Below, piece by piece: positions 1 through 11,548 of a stretch of DNA of 64,000 nucleotides. Source of the DNA: Hydrolagus colliei (Eukaryota); contig CM068742.1 of assembly GCA_035084275.1 (NCBI GenBank), forward strand, positions 79,174,001 to 79,238,000, in the 5' to 3' direction. A program made the position numbers and the translations under genes. Positions within the stretch are counted from its first letter, which is position 1, and every line of letters starts with the position of its first letter. The notes beneath the pieces are model-generated. The model worked only from the letters and a program-made list of their open reading frames with translations, did no database searches and was not told the origin of the DNA.

Positions 1-1234
1 AGACAACCGCATGGGAATCGGAGACTTATCAAAATCAACTGAATGATTGTATGTGCTTCAGTAGTGAGTAAAACACACTTCAAATTTGACCCTTTTTTTT
101 GCAATCTAAATGCATCTCTAAATTACATGTAGGTTTGCTGTCAGTGAAGCTGGAGCTGTGTCCACATGCAGCAAACAAGCAGAAATAGAGACGACATAGC
201 AAGTAAGGGAGAGAAGCAAAAAAAAGTTATAGTAAATGTGGCTCACAATACAAACAACACAAATTTACATTTAGATGGTGTTTATGTTGTGAGATCGACC
301 CAAAGGCATAGTCAAAGCGGTAGAACTGGAGATGGACAGTGATAAAGGCGAAACAGGGAAGGAGTCAGAGGAATTCCCAGGATGAACTTCCAAAGATTTA
401 TGAGCTTGTTATAAAATTGCCTAATTCCATATATTTTTCCCTTACTGTGGTACTACAAGAAATTTGCAACATAGTGGACATTGTTATACAAATAGTGAGC
501 TTGGTGTTACCTTGGCTCAGTTGATAGAACTCTCGTCTCTCAGATTTTAGTCTCGTTTTTGTCATCCGGATGTCTTAACACATATGGAAACCCATCACTG
601 TACTTAAGCGTATCCAAACCAAGCTGAGATTTCCATGTGTTCCATTTACACACGGAAATCCAAGAGATAGATTGTTGGAATAGTACGTGCATGAAAGATC
701 TCCAGATAAAATTGGTTCATCCATTTCTTCCTAATTTGAAAGGCGTTGTATTAAAATGCAAGGATCATTTTTATTTTACAGTGTCATTTGATTTATCAAT
801 TTGCACAGGTCCACTCTTGATTATTATAAAGTACTAAACAGGAGTAGGTGATTTAAGCCTCGCTGTCCATTGCAATGAATAGAATATATGAGACAAACCT
901 AAGTTAATATGACAATCTTAATAAAATACACAAGTGCTTTCAGTGGACAGCTTTCTATACCTCCCTCTAATGTACATCACTTGGCTGCTTCAGCAGTTAA
1001 TGATGAATGGGTGCGTTTGGTGAGTGGATGGGTAGAGTTAGGTGGTTTAAACTTTTTATTTCAGGTCTTAAATTTTATTTTAAGGTAAATGTATCATGCA
1101 GGTTGCAATTTACACAATTGTTCCCATCAAATAAATACAGTGCTTCTTCACACATGGTATCAGATTACTGATCAGCAGGACATTAGTTGTAAATCTGCGA
1201 ATCAATGATCCATCCTCTTCATATCCCTTAGCAA

Positions 1235-1415
1235 TTGAGATAGACAGATTTTGACAGATTGACAGATTTTTTATGGATAAAGGGATTAAGGGATATGGGG
1301 ATAAGGCGGGCAGGTGGAGTTAGATTAGAAGATCAGCCATGATCTTATTGAATGGCCGGGTAGGCTCGAGGAGCCGAATGGCCTACTCCTGCTCCTTATT
1401 CTTATGTTCTTATGA
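1235..1415 (+). mobile_element. CR1-type LINE 3' end
   Basis: GATCAGCCATGATCTTATTGAATGG...GGCTCGAGG...GAATGGCCTACTCCTGCTCC...TTCTTATGTTCTTATG, typical chondrichthyan CR1 3' UTR and tail; similar to 29810-30075. Confidence 0.75.
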
Positions 1416-1833
1416 TAGAGATGACCACTGAACTAGAAAGGTACCTAGATTTTAATTTTGAATTTAATTGCCCGCAAATGTGGTCTATGATGCAAGTTGT
1501 GCTAACCATGTGAAACATTAACTCATCTGTGTTTTGGGGACACACCCTGATGTGTAATAAGTGCAAATTATAATGTAAACACGTGTGCGGTGAAAAAAAG
1601 TGGGTGTCATTAATTGGTTAATGACTGCTTGGGATTACAGTGTTATCTGTAACCTCTTGTGTGTTTTGGGAAAAAGAGAAATAATTGTGCGCTGTTTTTG
1701 TAGCAGGAATGTGCAATTATTGGGATTCACATTTGAAAAGTTACCAGACATTGTTTGCTGAGCCATTCAGAACTGAAAACGTTGCCACTTTCCTAACAGG
1801 GTTGTGCATGTATTTCTTTCCTGTTTGCTCCAG

Positions 1834-1989
1834 AATGACCAACTTGCTGGTAGAGCACAATACCACGGGGCTCAGCGCCTTTCAATCTGTGGGAGAGTGG
1901 CTGGAATCCCTTAAAATGGGTCGGTACACAGATGATTTCAATGAATGTGGGTACACCTCATTGGATATTGTGGCAAAACTAAGCTTAGA
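1834..1989 (+). CDS. EPHA5: Eph receptor (EPHA5-like) penultimate coding exon, N-terminal part of SAM domain
   Basis: Pyrimidine tract + CAG acceptor (1831-1833), GTAAGT donor at 1990, 156 bp, phase 2/2. Translates (R)MTNLLVEHNTTGLSAFQSVGEWLESLKMGRYTDDFNECGYTSLDIVAKLSL(E), resembling EPHA5 RVSNLLAEH...SVGEWLEAIKMGRYTEIF...GYSSMDAVAQVTLE (recalled). Confidence 0.9.
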
Positions 1990-3166
1990 GTAAGTAATTC
2001 TCTTTTTATTGTTCCTAACTAATGGAAAGTGACCATCATGAAATGCCAGCATCAAATCACTTGAAATATATATCCTCCTATCCACCATTCAAATGGAGAA
2101 ATGAATGACTCAAAATGAAATTCATCCACATGGCCCCTTGCTGAGCTTCACAGTGCCTCCGTAACTTTTGTTTTCTTAAAAGAAGCACAAAGCAGCTAAA
2201 AGTGAACGTTTGCTAAACTAACCGATCAGATCCAATGTGGGTAATTTTAGGTTTACAGTTTAGGACCTAAAACTTTAGGTTTGCTGCTTATCTCTTTGCT
2301 GCAAAGGATCTCCTCGCTTAGTTTTCAATTGAAGTTTCCTAAATGTGTGTACATAGCACGCTTGAATTGAGGTATAAAATAAAAACCTATTCTGTCATTA
2401 CTGCAATTTCCAGTGCAAACACACCACATTAAGATTAATATAATTCTCCAAATCTCATAGCATTCATCCTCAACTCCCATCTTTCCCATACATGTTTCAA
2501 TGTATTCAGATTGCACAGAAACAAGACGTGTTCCTTTTTAGCTACTTAGCGAAGTTATTCAATCCTGTGTTAGACTATAGTGTGGAACATAAAAAGTATA
2601 TGTACATACACACTGGGTGACCCCAAAATTATGATGTCTACCCTAGTTTTAAAAAATCATAATTTATTAAGGCTTATTAGACATTGTAATGGTATCATGA
2701 CTTTTTAGTCACCTTGCATGTGTGTGTAGATATATATAAACATATAATATGGGAGTATTTGCCCCTTATTGAGATATTTCCCAACCTTTGACCGTGTGCA
2801 GTTTCAATGGTAATGTGTGAATGAAGTCCCACATTGTGAACCTGTGGGAATCACTCCTTGTTTGTTGCAAAAGTCATTGTCAGTGACTGATAATGTAATT
2901 GAAGGTTAACATCTTAAATTTGGCATCACCTCATTGGTACATCACTATTCAATGTCAGGCATGATGTACAATACGAGTCTTGTCCATTCACCCAAGTTTC
3001 GGTTATGAAAAGAGCAAGTTGCACAGCACAGCAGTTGCGCTGGTGAGAGTGGTGCACTTTTTATGCACGTACGATAATTGAAGATGATTTTTTTCCACAT
3101 CGACCTTTACTCAGGGTCACTGAACAGAACTGAAGTACAGTATTGTTACTGTCATTTTCTCAACAG

Positions 3167-3272
3167 AGATTTGAGGAGAATCGGTGTGAGCCTTGCTGGC
3201 CACCAGAAGAAGATCATGAATAACATTCAGGAACTCAGGGTCCAGCTTATGAATGGCAGCATGGCCATGTGA
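3167..3272 (+). CDS. EPHA5: EPHA5-like last coding exon: SAM C-terminus and PDZ-binding tail
   Basis: TTTTCTCAACAG acceptor ending 3166; splices in frame with the previous exon (GA|A = Glu). Encodes [34 protein letters not shown], versus EPHA5 [34 protein letters not shown] (recalled). TGA at 3270-3272. Confidence 0.9.
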
Positions 3273-5339
3273 CTCGGTCCCTACACCTCAAGATACCGCT
3301 CGTCAATTAGCACTTTTTTTTTTCAGAACTGAAACTTGTATTTATTCACTCCTCGGGAGAAAAGGAAAAGGGAAGATCTGTACCGACCTGTAATGGGATT
3401 TTAAAAAATCACCCTCCATGGATCAGCATTTAAATTGCTTCCACTATTTCCATGAATTTCATATTCATCCAAAAACGAGAGGGAAGAATGCGGAAAGAAA
3501 GTTTAAAATGGGGGCATTTCACCTATTTCCCTCCCAAGTGAAGCAGCACTACAAACTTTGCCACTTCACTTGTTTCTAAGAAGGTCTCTACAGCACCTTT
3601 GTCATTTTGTTTTGCAGTCAACGCCTGTGATTCTCCTGTGAAAGGAATTGACTGTCTTTATAAACCAGTTTCCACGGATTCAGAGATAGCAGTAGAACAA
3701 CAATAGTTTACGTACGTTTACTGTATCGAGTCTCAATGACTTACAGTGGTGTATTGAAGAGCAATATATATTTATGTTTACTACTTGGTAGTGATTTCTT
3801 TGTAAATTATAAGTGAGGTTATGACATGTATTTAATAAGTTATAGAAAGTAGTGTATAAAGTCTTCGCTTGAATCAGTCTTGATCAGTATGTATTTATTA
3901 ATTGAAATGGTATCAGATGTAATGAAACCCGTTATTTGAAAACGTATACATTTACTTTGCCCTGGCATTATATGTATATACTGTACAGTTTGCTACTGCG
4001 GGTACAGATTTTTTTCTGTGTAACATCTGCTTAAATGTATGAGTTTCATGTGGGTTTGGCTAAAAAAAATGAGTGCTGCATATTTGTAAAATGTCATGAT
4101 GAGAGTTCCTTAAACTTTAGAGTTTACAACCCTGCTTCCATTTTTTGGAATAGTGTGTGCCACACCAATGTGTTTTTGTAATAGTATTGGTTAAATGGCT
4201 TCAATGCTCAGATACGTGGAATAGAAAGTGCTCACATTCTTCCCCGATATCATGGTGAAAATCAAACAGAGTTGTAGGAAATTGGCTAGGTCACGAATGT
4301 GATGCTCTTTCAATCATCTTTGCCATTATTTGTCAGGCAACACCAACGGCAATTTTTTTTAAAAAAAACAATGTTTTATCTTGAATAGCAGGTGAGCTGC
4401 TTTGACTAACGGTACACAGATACCAAGGAGCCCAATTTAAATATATCTACATAGTAATTTAATTCCAGACCCATGTTGCTTGTATTTGAATAACTGTGTT
4501 ACAGAAATGTAATGGAGTAGAGATGGAAGATGGATAAATTAATGTCTTAAAAGGACATTTATTTAGCTCACATCAACTTAAAGGAAAACTCCAGACCTCT
4601 GCATAAAATATATTTTCAATGTTGCTTGGGGCGCATTGAGCTGCATTTCTGTTTAGCATTATATACTTTTTTTAACGATTATAAAACAGTTTTTGCTGAC
4701 AAAGCACAAGGATGCAATCATCTGGGCAATGTTAGGAGCAAGACAATGATTATCAGCGAGAGTCAGATGCATTTTGCTAACCTATTTAGGAGTTTGAAGC
4801 TGTCTTTGTTTTGCGGAAAGAGATTCAACGAAATAGATCACTTTCTTAAACCAAGAGTCCAAGTGAGCAAGACATGACAGTTTTGCATTTTGTTTGCAAA
4901 TGCACGCAGATCATTCATTTTGTCTTTTGGTGCTTTCTGGGTCTAGGTGCTAAAATCAGCACGAAGCTAATGGTTGACTTGCATCAGACACTTTGACGGA
5001 TTTGTTAGAAACACTTGTAGATCTGCTGTTTGTGCCATAGACTGGCTACAGACTTTCAACCCCAAAGCATCCCCTTTCTATTCCAGGTTCTAAGATAAAA
5101 ATTGTGCTGCAGATCTATAACCTCCAATATTTATTTACTGTATCATTCACTTGTATTGTGACAGGCATGGTGCTTCGTATAAATGTATGGTTAGCCATTT
5201 TACTTTTTGTTTAACGTCTTAATTTGAAGAAAGAGATTATTGTGAAACCAAGGTATTAGATCTGGGCTTTTAGGACTGGGTCACTTTAGTTGAACCTATC
5301 TACACAGAGGAAAGGATTTTGAAAGGGATTTGATAGGCG

Positions 5340-5600
5340 CAGCGGGTTATCGTAGTGTCCTTTCACCCCGAAACATCCCATAATAGTGGGATGAACATCT
5401 CTCTCTCTGCTTGTTGTAATGGTCTCATGAATTGATGTTGATCAATCTCACACCAAGTGGGTTTGGATTTTTAATGGAACTAAACCTCTACCCAGAATTT
5501 GGCACTGAATTTTGGCATTCTCACTCAATGAGGCTGGAGCATGGTTGGTGTGACAAAAACAGAAATCATATTGATGTTATAGGGGAAGAGGGTGCTGAGA
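5340..5600 (+). mobile_element. Old SINE remnant resembling LF-SINE-related shark SINEs, inside the 3' UTR
   Basis: CTTTCACC..., GGGATGAACATCTC..., AATTTGGCACTGAATTTTGGCATTCTCACTCA resemble the LF-SINE-like body (TTGGCACTAATTGGCA); highly diverged. Confidence 0.35.
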
Positions 5601-5722
5601 AAAAGCATACCCCCACCACCTTCGCACACCAATGGATGTCTCACCTTGTTAAGCACAGAATGTTGCTTTTAAAGCCTTAGCAAGCAACTTCCAGAAACAA
5701 GCACATCATTTGAGAAAGCTCA

Positions 5723-5975
5723 AAAAACAAAAGCAAAATACTACAGATGCTGGGAATCTGAAACAAAAACAAAAGTTGCTGTGGAAACTCAGCAGGTCAG
5801 GCAGTATCCATGGAGAAAGGAAAAAGAGTCAACAGAGTTCTAACGAAGGGTTGTAGACCCGAAAAGTTGACTCTTTTTCCTTTCTCCATGGATGCTGTCT
5901 GACCTGTTGAGTTTCCACAGCAACTTTTGTTTTTGTTTCAGATTCCCAGCATCTGTAGTATTTTGTGTTTTGTTT
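5723..5975. mobile_element. Palindromic Penelope-like (inverted pseudo-LTR) short element with 15-bp TSD
   Basis: Arms 5734-5833 and 5866-5965 are reverse complements (97/100). ATTTGAGAAAGCTCA is duplicated at 5708-5722 and 5976-5990. The arm sequence GATGCTG..TGACCTG.TGAGTTT...CCAGCATCTG resembles shark Penelope pLTRs. Confidence 0.8.
5834..5874 (+). ncRNA. Degenerate minimal type I hammerhead ribozyme motif
   Basis: Stem I AGAGTT/GACTCT; core CTAACGA (canonical CTGANGA); stem II GGGT-TGTAG-ACCC; GAAA; AGTT (sibling copies have GAAACGTT). Two core substitutions. Confidence 0.55.
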
Positions 5976-6741
5976 ATTTGAGAAAGCTCACTGGACTCCA
6001 CATGTACTATCTGGCATTCAAAGCTGTGACCATTCAAAGTTGTTAGAACATTGCAGGTATAGAAAAAAATATATTGCTTGAAATTGAACTTAGATTGACT
6101 TAAAAAAAACTATATTCTGAATTCAATAACAATACAATGTACATGTGTGTGGGGGTAGGGAGAATGGGGTGGGGCAGAAGAAGAGGGGAGAATGGAATAT
6201 AGAACCAGACTAATTCACAAGTGAGATGGAGGAGCTAGGATTCATTCTCCGATGCACAGATGAGATTAGGGTGATTGTCCAGATTGGTGTGAAATATCTA
6301 ATTTAACGTTTAAAATTTATTATGCTTAGTTTGACGAGTGCATCTAGAAAAATAAATGGAGGACTATGGTCGTAAGCAATCCCATGTTAATTATTAAAGC
6401 ATTAAGTATCATCACATGGAGCTTTCCTTTAAATTATAGAAATGATTGCAATTATACACCAGCCTGATATTGCACAAAATCTTGCTTATCAGGGTTATAA
6501 GTGATTGACAGTGAATTGTGTGAGAATGTAGAAGGAAGCATAAAATGCATTAGTATTTAGTAATTTGTACTTGGATTCAAACTGTTGAGGAAAATATCAT
6601 TTTCTCATTCAGAACTGAACAATAGGCAACATTTGATGCTGATATTTACTATATAACAACAAATCACATATTAATACTATTAAAAACAAAATATTTGTTT
6701 CAACCATTTACCTGTACTATAATACTAAGTGAAGCTTTCAT

Positions 6742-6867
6742 AATAAAAACACGAGTGTGCTTTATTTATTATTTTAAGGCCAATATCCTGACACTGTCTG
6801 CATTTTGTTTGTGTACATGTTTTTGTAGTGTAAGATATGAAATTTTATATTTTCATAAAAAAATAAA
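6742..6867 (+). promoter_or_regulatory. Candidate polyadenylation signals
   Basis: AATAAA at 6742-6747 and 6862-6867, with TGTA motifs (6812-6833) upstream of the second; a further AATAAA at 6351-6356. Confidence 0.5.
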
Positions 6868-7129
6868 TTTTTATATCAACACATTTGTGAACATTTATTT
6901 CATGCTTGTTAAGACTATACAACCCACCATATACTTCTACAGGTTGAAACTGCACTTTATTGTACAAATGAATTTAGAAGGAAACCACATATTTGATGCA
7001 TTAAGGAATTAGCTCATTATTTACCTTTTAGTATCTCCCCGGAAAAAAAAGTTTTCGACGAAAAGAGGGGCCAGAGAGGCTGAAGGCCTGGCCTGGCCTG
7101 GCTCGCTTCAGTGACAGGGAACTCAATCC

Positions 7130-7925
7130 ATCCACTTCACTTTGCTTCTGCAAAGCACGTCTCAAGACCCTCTTCTTCAACTGTGCCACCTGACGCCCTC
7201 CTACTGTCCCTGCCACGACCTCACCCTTCAGGCCACTGAAAACCTCATTCATGCCTTCATCACATCCAGGCTCGACTATGCCAACTTGTCGGCCTTTTTG
7301 GCCCTGCTTGTCAGCCTTCCCAATTCCTCCCTCCATAGCCTGCAGATAATCCAGAACTCTGCCCGTGTCCTCTACCGCTCCAAACCCCACGACCCCATCT
7401 CCCGCATTCTTGCCCTATTCCATTAGCTTCCCATTACCCAGAAGATTGAATTCAAGATACTGGTCCTCACATTCAAAGCCTTGCCCCACCCTACCTCTGT
7501 GACCTACTAGCCCCCTACCAAACTGTTTGCTGCTCCACTCAGCAGGCTCTGGCCTGCTCCATGTTCCCCAACCCACCTGCCCCACCATCGGCGGGCGAGC
7601 TTTCAGCTACTCTGCCCCTAACCTCTGGAATTCCATCCCACAGACCCTCCGCCTCACCTTCTTCAAGTCCTGCCTGAAGACCCTCCTCTTTGACAGTCCC
7701 ATCAGTCACCCCAAATGCCCCCTATCTCTCTACCTTCCCTGATGCTGTCCTGATATGAAAGGCGCTATACCAAGTGTAAATTTTGTTTTTGTTGTTGTTG
7801 CCCCGCAACCTCCCTGATCTCAACCCCCCCACTACCCCCAGCCACCTCCCCTTCGGGACCAAATCCCTAACGGTCCAGCACTTTCTGACATCCTCCCAAA
7901 GTGAAAGGCGCTACACAAATTAAAT
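7130..7925 (+). mobile_element. L2 LINE 3' fragment with a second L2 tail
   Basis: Decayed ORF2 C-terminus (ATENLIHAFITSRLDYAN; TIGGRAFSYSAPNLWNSIP), TGAAAGGCGCTATA and (TGT)n tail at ~7790, second tail at 7875-7925. Confidence 0.85.
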
Positions 7926-8103
7926 TTGGGGTTTAGTTTAGGGTTCATCCACAGTCACAGTCAGACAACTCAAGCGATCATTCTTCCTATGATCACTGAG
8001 TGTGTTAAATACCCAAGCTAATCATTGTCCCTAACCAAGGGATAGGTTGGTTCATTCAACACAGATTAAATCTGGGATGAAAGCTGGGAACTTTCTGGCC
8101 TGG

Positions 8104-8412
8104 ATAATAATATTAATCTTCGCATTTGATATGGAGCTTTTCACATCTTTTAGACATCTCAAAGCGCTTCACAGAATATACTGAAAAGTGAATTGACTGT
8201 ATATTTGTGGGATAAACGTGGCAGCCAATTACACACAGAAGTGTCCCACAAACAGTTGTTGATTGAAATGACCAATTTATTATTGATTTTTTGAGGGATT
8301 ATTACTAAGTGTGTGCAGTAAAGAAACTTGCCCAAGGTTTTGCCTTGCCTGGAATAGAACACAGGTCTCACCCTTGTAAGGCGAGTGCTCTAACCACTGA
8401 GCTACAGGACTC
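8104..8412 (-). mobile_element. tRNA-derived SINE, short subfamily
   Basis: Reverse complement has head GAGTCCTGTAGCTCAGTGGTTAGAGCACTCGCC, body TGTGGGACAC..GTGTGTAATTGGCTGCC and an L2-like tail with (ATT)n. Confidence 0.85.
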
Positions 8413-8639
8413 AGATGATTCTGTTGGCAATGGCTTTACCAACCGAATTAAAAGTGATGTTGTGTAGAACATTCAAACAAAAACTGTGATGCACTGACAA
8501 AGCAAGAGCAGAGCTGGATGGAACATCAGGTGTGTACCAGTCTATAGTCTTCTCTGGAGGATGGGATGCCATTGGAGCCAGGCATGGATGGAGGTGATAG
8601 ACTCATGGAGTCTAGTGAACTGCAGAGTTCTGGATGTAC

Positions 8640-8888
8640 AGTAGCCCCCACCCTTTGGAATTCCATCCCACATTCCCTTTGTCGCTTTCCCTCACTTGCC
8701 TCCTTCAATGCACATTTTAAGACCATCCTCCTCAATCACGCCTTCGGAAAGCCTCCTACCACTACCCTGTCTGCACATCACCGACTCTGAACACAACCCC
8801 CACTTCTACCTCCCTTCCCCCCAACTCCGGTCAAAATCACTGACTATTCAGCACCTTGGTATATCAAATACAAGAATTATTATTATTT
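8640..8888 (+). mobile_element. L2 3' fragment
   Basis: APTLWNSIPHSL...FKTILLNHAF, then pyrimidine-rich UTR and tail. Confidence 0.65.
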
Positions 8889-9827
8889 CGACACCCCTGT
8901 ATCTGTGGCATAACACAAAATGAAAACAATCAAGCTGTCCTCAGCTGCAGGATGTGATACACGTACATGATTTTGTTTTTCCACAGATTTTATTTTACTT
9001 ATACGTCGTCAAGAGTTTGATTCTAAATTGCTGTTGTATATTTTGATTTTATTATTGAGGCAGAATATGAAAGGCAGAGAGTGATCCAACAAAACACTCA
9101 TAACTCACAAGATTTGAGAAAACAGTATAACATTTCCATTGTATTTCATTTCTGTGTACTTTGATGAGATCTATCAATCATTCCGAGACAGTTTAAAGTG
9201 ATCCAACAATGAACACAGTCACATTGCACAAACACACTGGATCCAGACTTCAATAAATCCTTGTTTTGAGACACTTATATGTTGGTTCTGATTAATTTTG
9301 ATGTTTTATTATCAGTGCGGTAGTGGGCTGAAGGGTAGAGATACCCTTTTGTTTTATGAAAGGGACAGATCTCCATTGCCTTGAGCACAACTCTACACAA
9401 GAGAGTTTATTGTTAAGAGGAGCAATTAATTTGTCAGCCATTCATCTAGAAAAATTGTCTTCCTCGTATAATGGAACTCTGCTCATTTCCACCTTTACAG
9501 GCTCTGTATCCTCAGTCACTCTGGCAGAACTTCAGTCATGCTTCGTATCCTGCAATCCAGCATATTGGAGCTCGAATTTATGAGATTCGCAAAAGCATTT
9601 GCAAATAGCACATTTTAGGGACAGCACTTGGATATCAATGTTCTACCAGGTGCCGAGATCTTTATACTTCCACTGTCTGAACCTTTCACCCAGCTGAGGT
9701 TTCTATACTGTCCCTGTAAAATCACACCACCACATTATCCTGTATGAAGAGGCGATAAAAGTGAATGTTACTGTTCTCATTTGACCACGGTCTGCCTTCA
9801 CAGAAGTTAAAATAGAGACAGGGTTAC

Positions 9828-10070
9828 CAACCTGGCTTGGTTAGCATGACTGCTTTTGAGTCAGAAGGCTGTGACGTTCAAGTCCCACATCAGAACTTTG
9901 AATTCACAGTCTGGCTGTCACTGCAATAAAGGGGAGCGCTGCAATCTTGAAGGTGCCTTTCTTCATATGACACAACTTCCTGACCAATCTGCCTGTACAA
10001 TTGGACGTTAAAGATCCCATGGCATTGTTTGAATAGAGAAGAATCTTCTTCTGGTGTCCTGACCAACCGA
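9828..10070 (+). mobile_element. Old DeuSINE/SacSINE1-like SINE
   Basis: TGAGTCAGAAGGCTGTG..GTTCAAGTCCCAC head; GGACGTTAAAGATCCCATGGCA...GGTGTCCTGACCAA Deu-domain-like segment. Confidence 0.65.
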
Positions 10071-10199
10071 ACCCCAGATAAAAAGTAAACAAAGAACAAT
10101 ACATTAGAATTAACCAGGTCAGTAGAATAAGAGGACCAATTTATGTATAGAGTTATAAAGGGCAATTTCAGGACCAACACCAGTTAATTTTGCTTGGCA

Positions 10200-10400
10200 C
10201 AGCGTGGACTGGAAAAGATAGTTGAGGCTAGGACACTAAGAGAAACTTCTTTACCCTTTTCAAACTGTGCAATGGGATCTTAAACATCCACCCGAACAGA
10301 GTGGCACAACCTCAGTTTAACATCTCACTCTAAGAATGGCACCTGTGACAATGCAGAGCTCCCTCAATGCGGCATGGGAGTATCAGCTTCAACTGAGCCC
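10200..10400 (-). mobile_element. Old DeuSINE/SacSINE1-like SINE, inverted relative to the 9828 copy
   Basis: GCAATGGGATCTTAAACATCCACC...CCTCAGTTTAACATCTCA is the reverse complement of the Deu-like segment. Confidence 0.6.
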
Positions 10401-11228
10401 AAAATGTCAACACAGCTATGTGAAATGAGAAGGTTGACTACCACAAGCAGATAAATGGCTAAGCAAAGTGTGACATGTATACAGGAGAACTATTACACCA
10501 CTACTACATGTAAAATTGTAACTCCAAAGTAAAGAGTATCTCACACGATATCTCCAAAGAGCATTGTTTCAAGCAACTGAGCACAAACAATCAAATGACA
10601 TTGAATTACAGAAGGGACTTCTATATTGCACAAATACAGATAGTACAAAATCTCAAATTTATACAAAGAAACAATGCAAACACATCTATATTTGAGACCC
10701 TGGCATTTGTTTTTGCCAGAACTAGAGATGTGATCATCGAGTTCTAGATGTTCCTGGGATTGGGGAAGCGGAAGCATTGTGGGGCACGGCTGTTGTCTGA
10801 CATGATTGTTACTGTCTGTCCCCTTTCTGACCTCATCTGAGTAGAGTTCACTTAAACTGCCTCTTGTTTCTGATCTAATACGCTGCATGGTTGAGCGTGA
10901 TGCTTCAAAATGAGGTATTGCTCGTGAAGTCAACTCCTGTAAGGTTAGCAATGAGAAAAGGAATAAATAGAGGTCAAATCAGTGGTCACACAGACACCAC
11001 AAAAAAAAATGTTGCTGGTAACCATGAAGATCAATAAAGGTGACCTCACAGAAATTCATCTCTGGTTCATTAGAGGAAGGTTAGGGGAGCAGGACAGGAT
11101 ATCATCGGCTTCGTGAGCAGTAGACGTTTGTTGTACTCTGTAAGAAATAAGGGCAGCCACTTGATAAATGCGGTCAGAGGATTTCATCCATGACTTGCCG
11201 CTTAAATACATACATCAGGACGAGAGTA

Positions 11229-11548
11229 GTCATGTAGCTCAGTGCCTAGAGCACTCACCTCGCAAGTGAGAAGCCTGGGTTTGATTCCCGAGCAGGCCAA
11301 CATGTTGGGTCCTTAGTTCACATGCTTTGTTTGGTAAACAATGAAATAGAGAATTATTTTGTCCTGGTATTCTGGCCAACCAATTCCTCAAATAGGAAAA
11401 TCATTACTTTCATGGCTATTTGTGGTACCTTGCTATGCACAAAATGTCTGACCTGTTTGTCGAAAGTGTATACTTGTCAGTAATTCCTTGTGAAGCGATT
11501 GTGATATTGATAGGCACTATATCAAATGCAAGAATCCTTATTTATTAT
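11229..11548 (+). mobile_element. Diverged tRNA-derived SINE
   Basis: GTAGCTCAGTG..TAGAGCACTC head, GGGTTTGATTCCC B-box, tail CACTATATCAAATGCAAG. Confidence 0.65.

Larger units (their letters stand above)
3273..6890 (+). other. EPHA5: Probable EPHA5 3' UTR (~3.6 kb)
   Basis: AU-rich, repeat-poor sequence after the stop. Pumilio-type TGTATATA at 3973-3980, several ATTTA clusters, and candidate poly(A) signals near the end. The end point is inferred. Confidence 0.55.

Noticed and set aside
1-1833. Upstream EPHA5 kinase-domain exon
   Set aside because: No kinase C-lobe peptide seen in any frame; the region appears intronic.
8848-8868. REST/RE1 site (TTCAGCACC)
   Set aside because: Only the left half-site; the right half GGACAG is absent, and it lies in a decayed L2 tail.
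10541-10951. 136-aa minus-strand ORF
   Set aside because: No recognisable homology or convincing exon structure; cannot be supported without a search.
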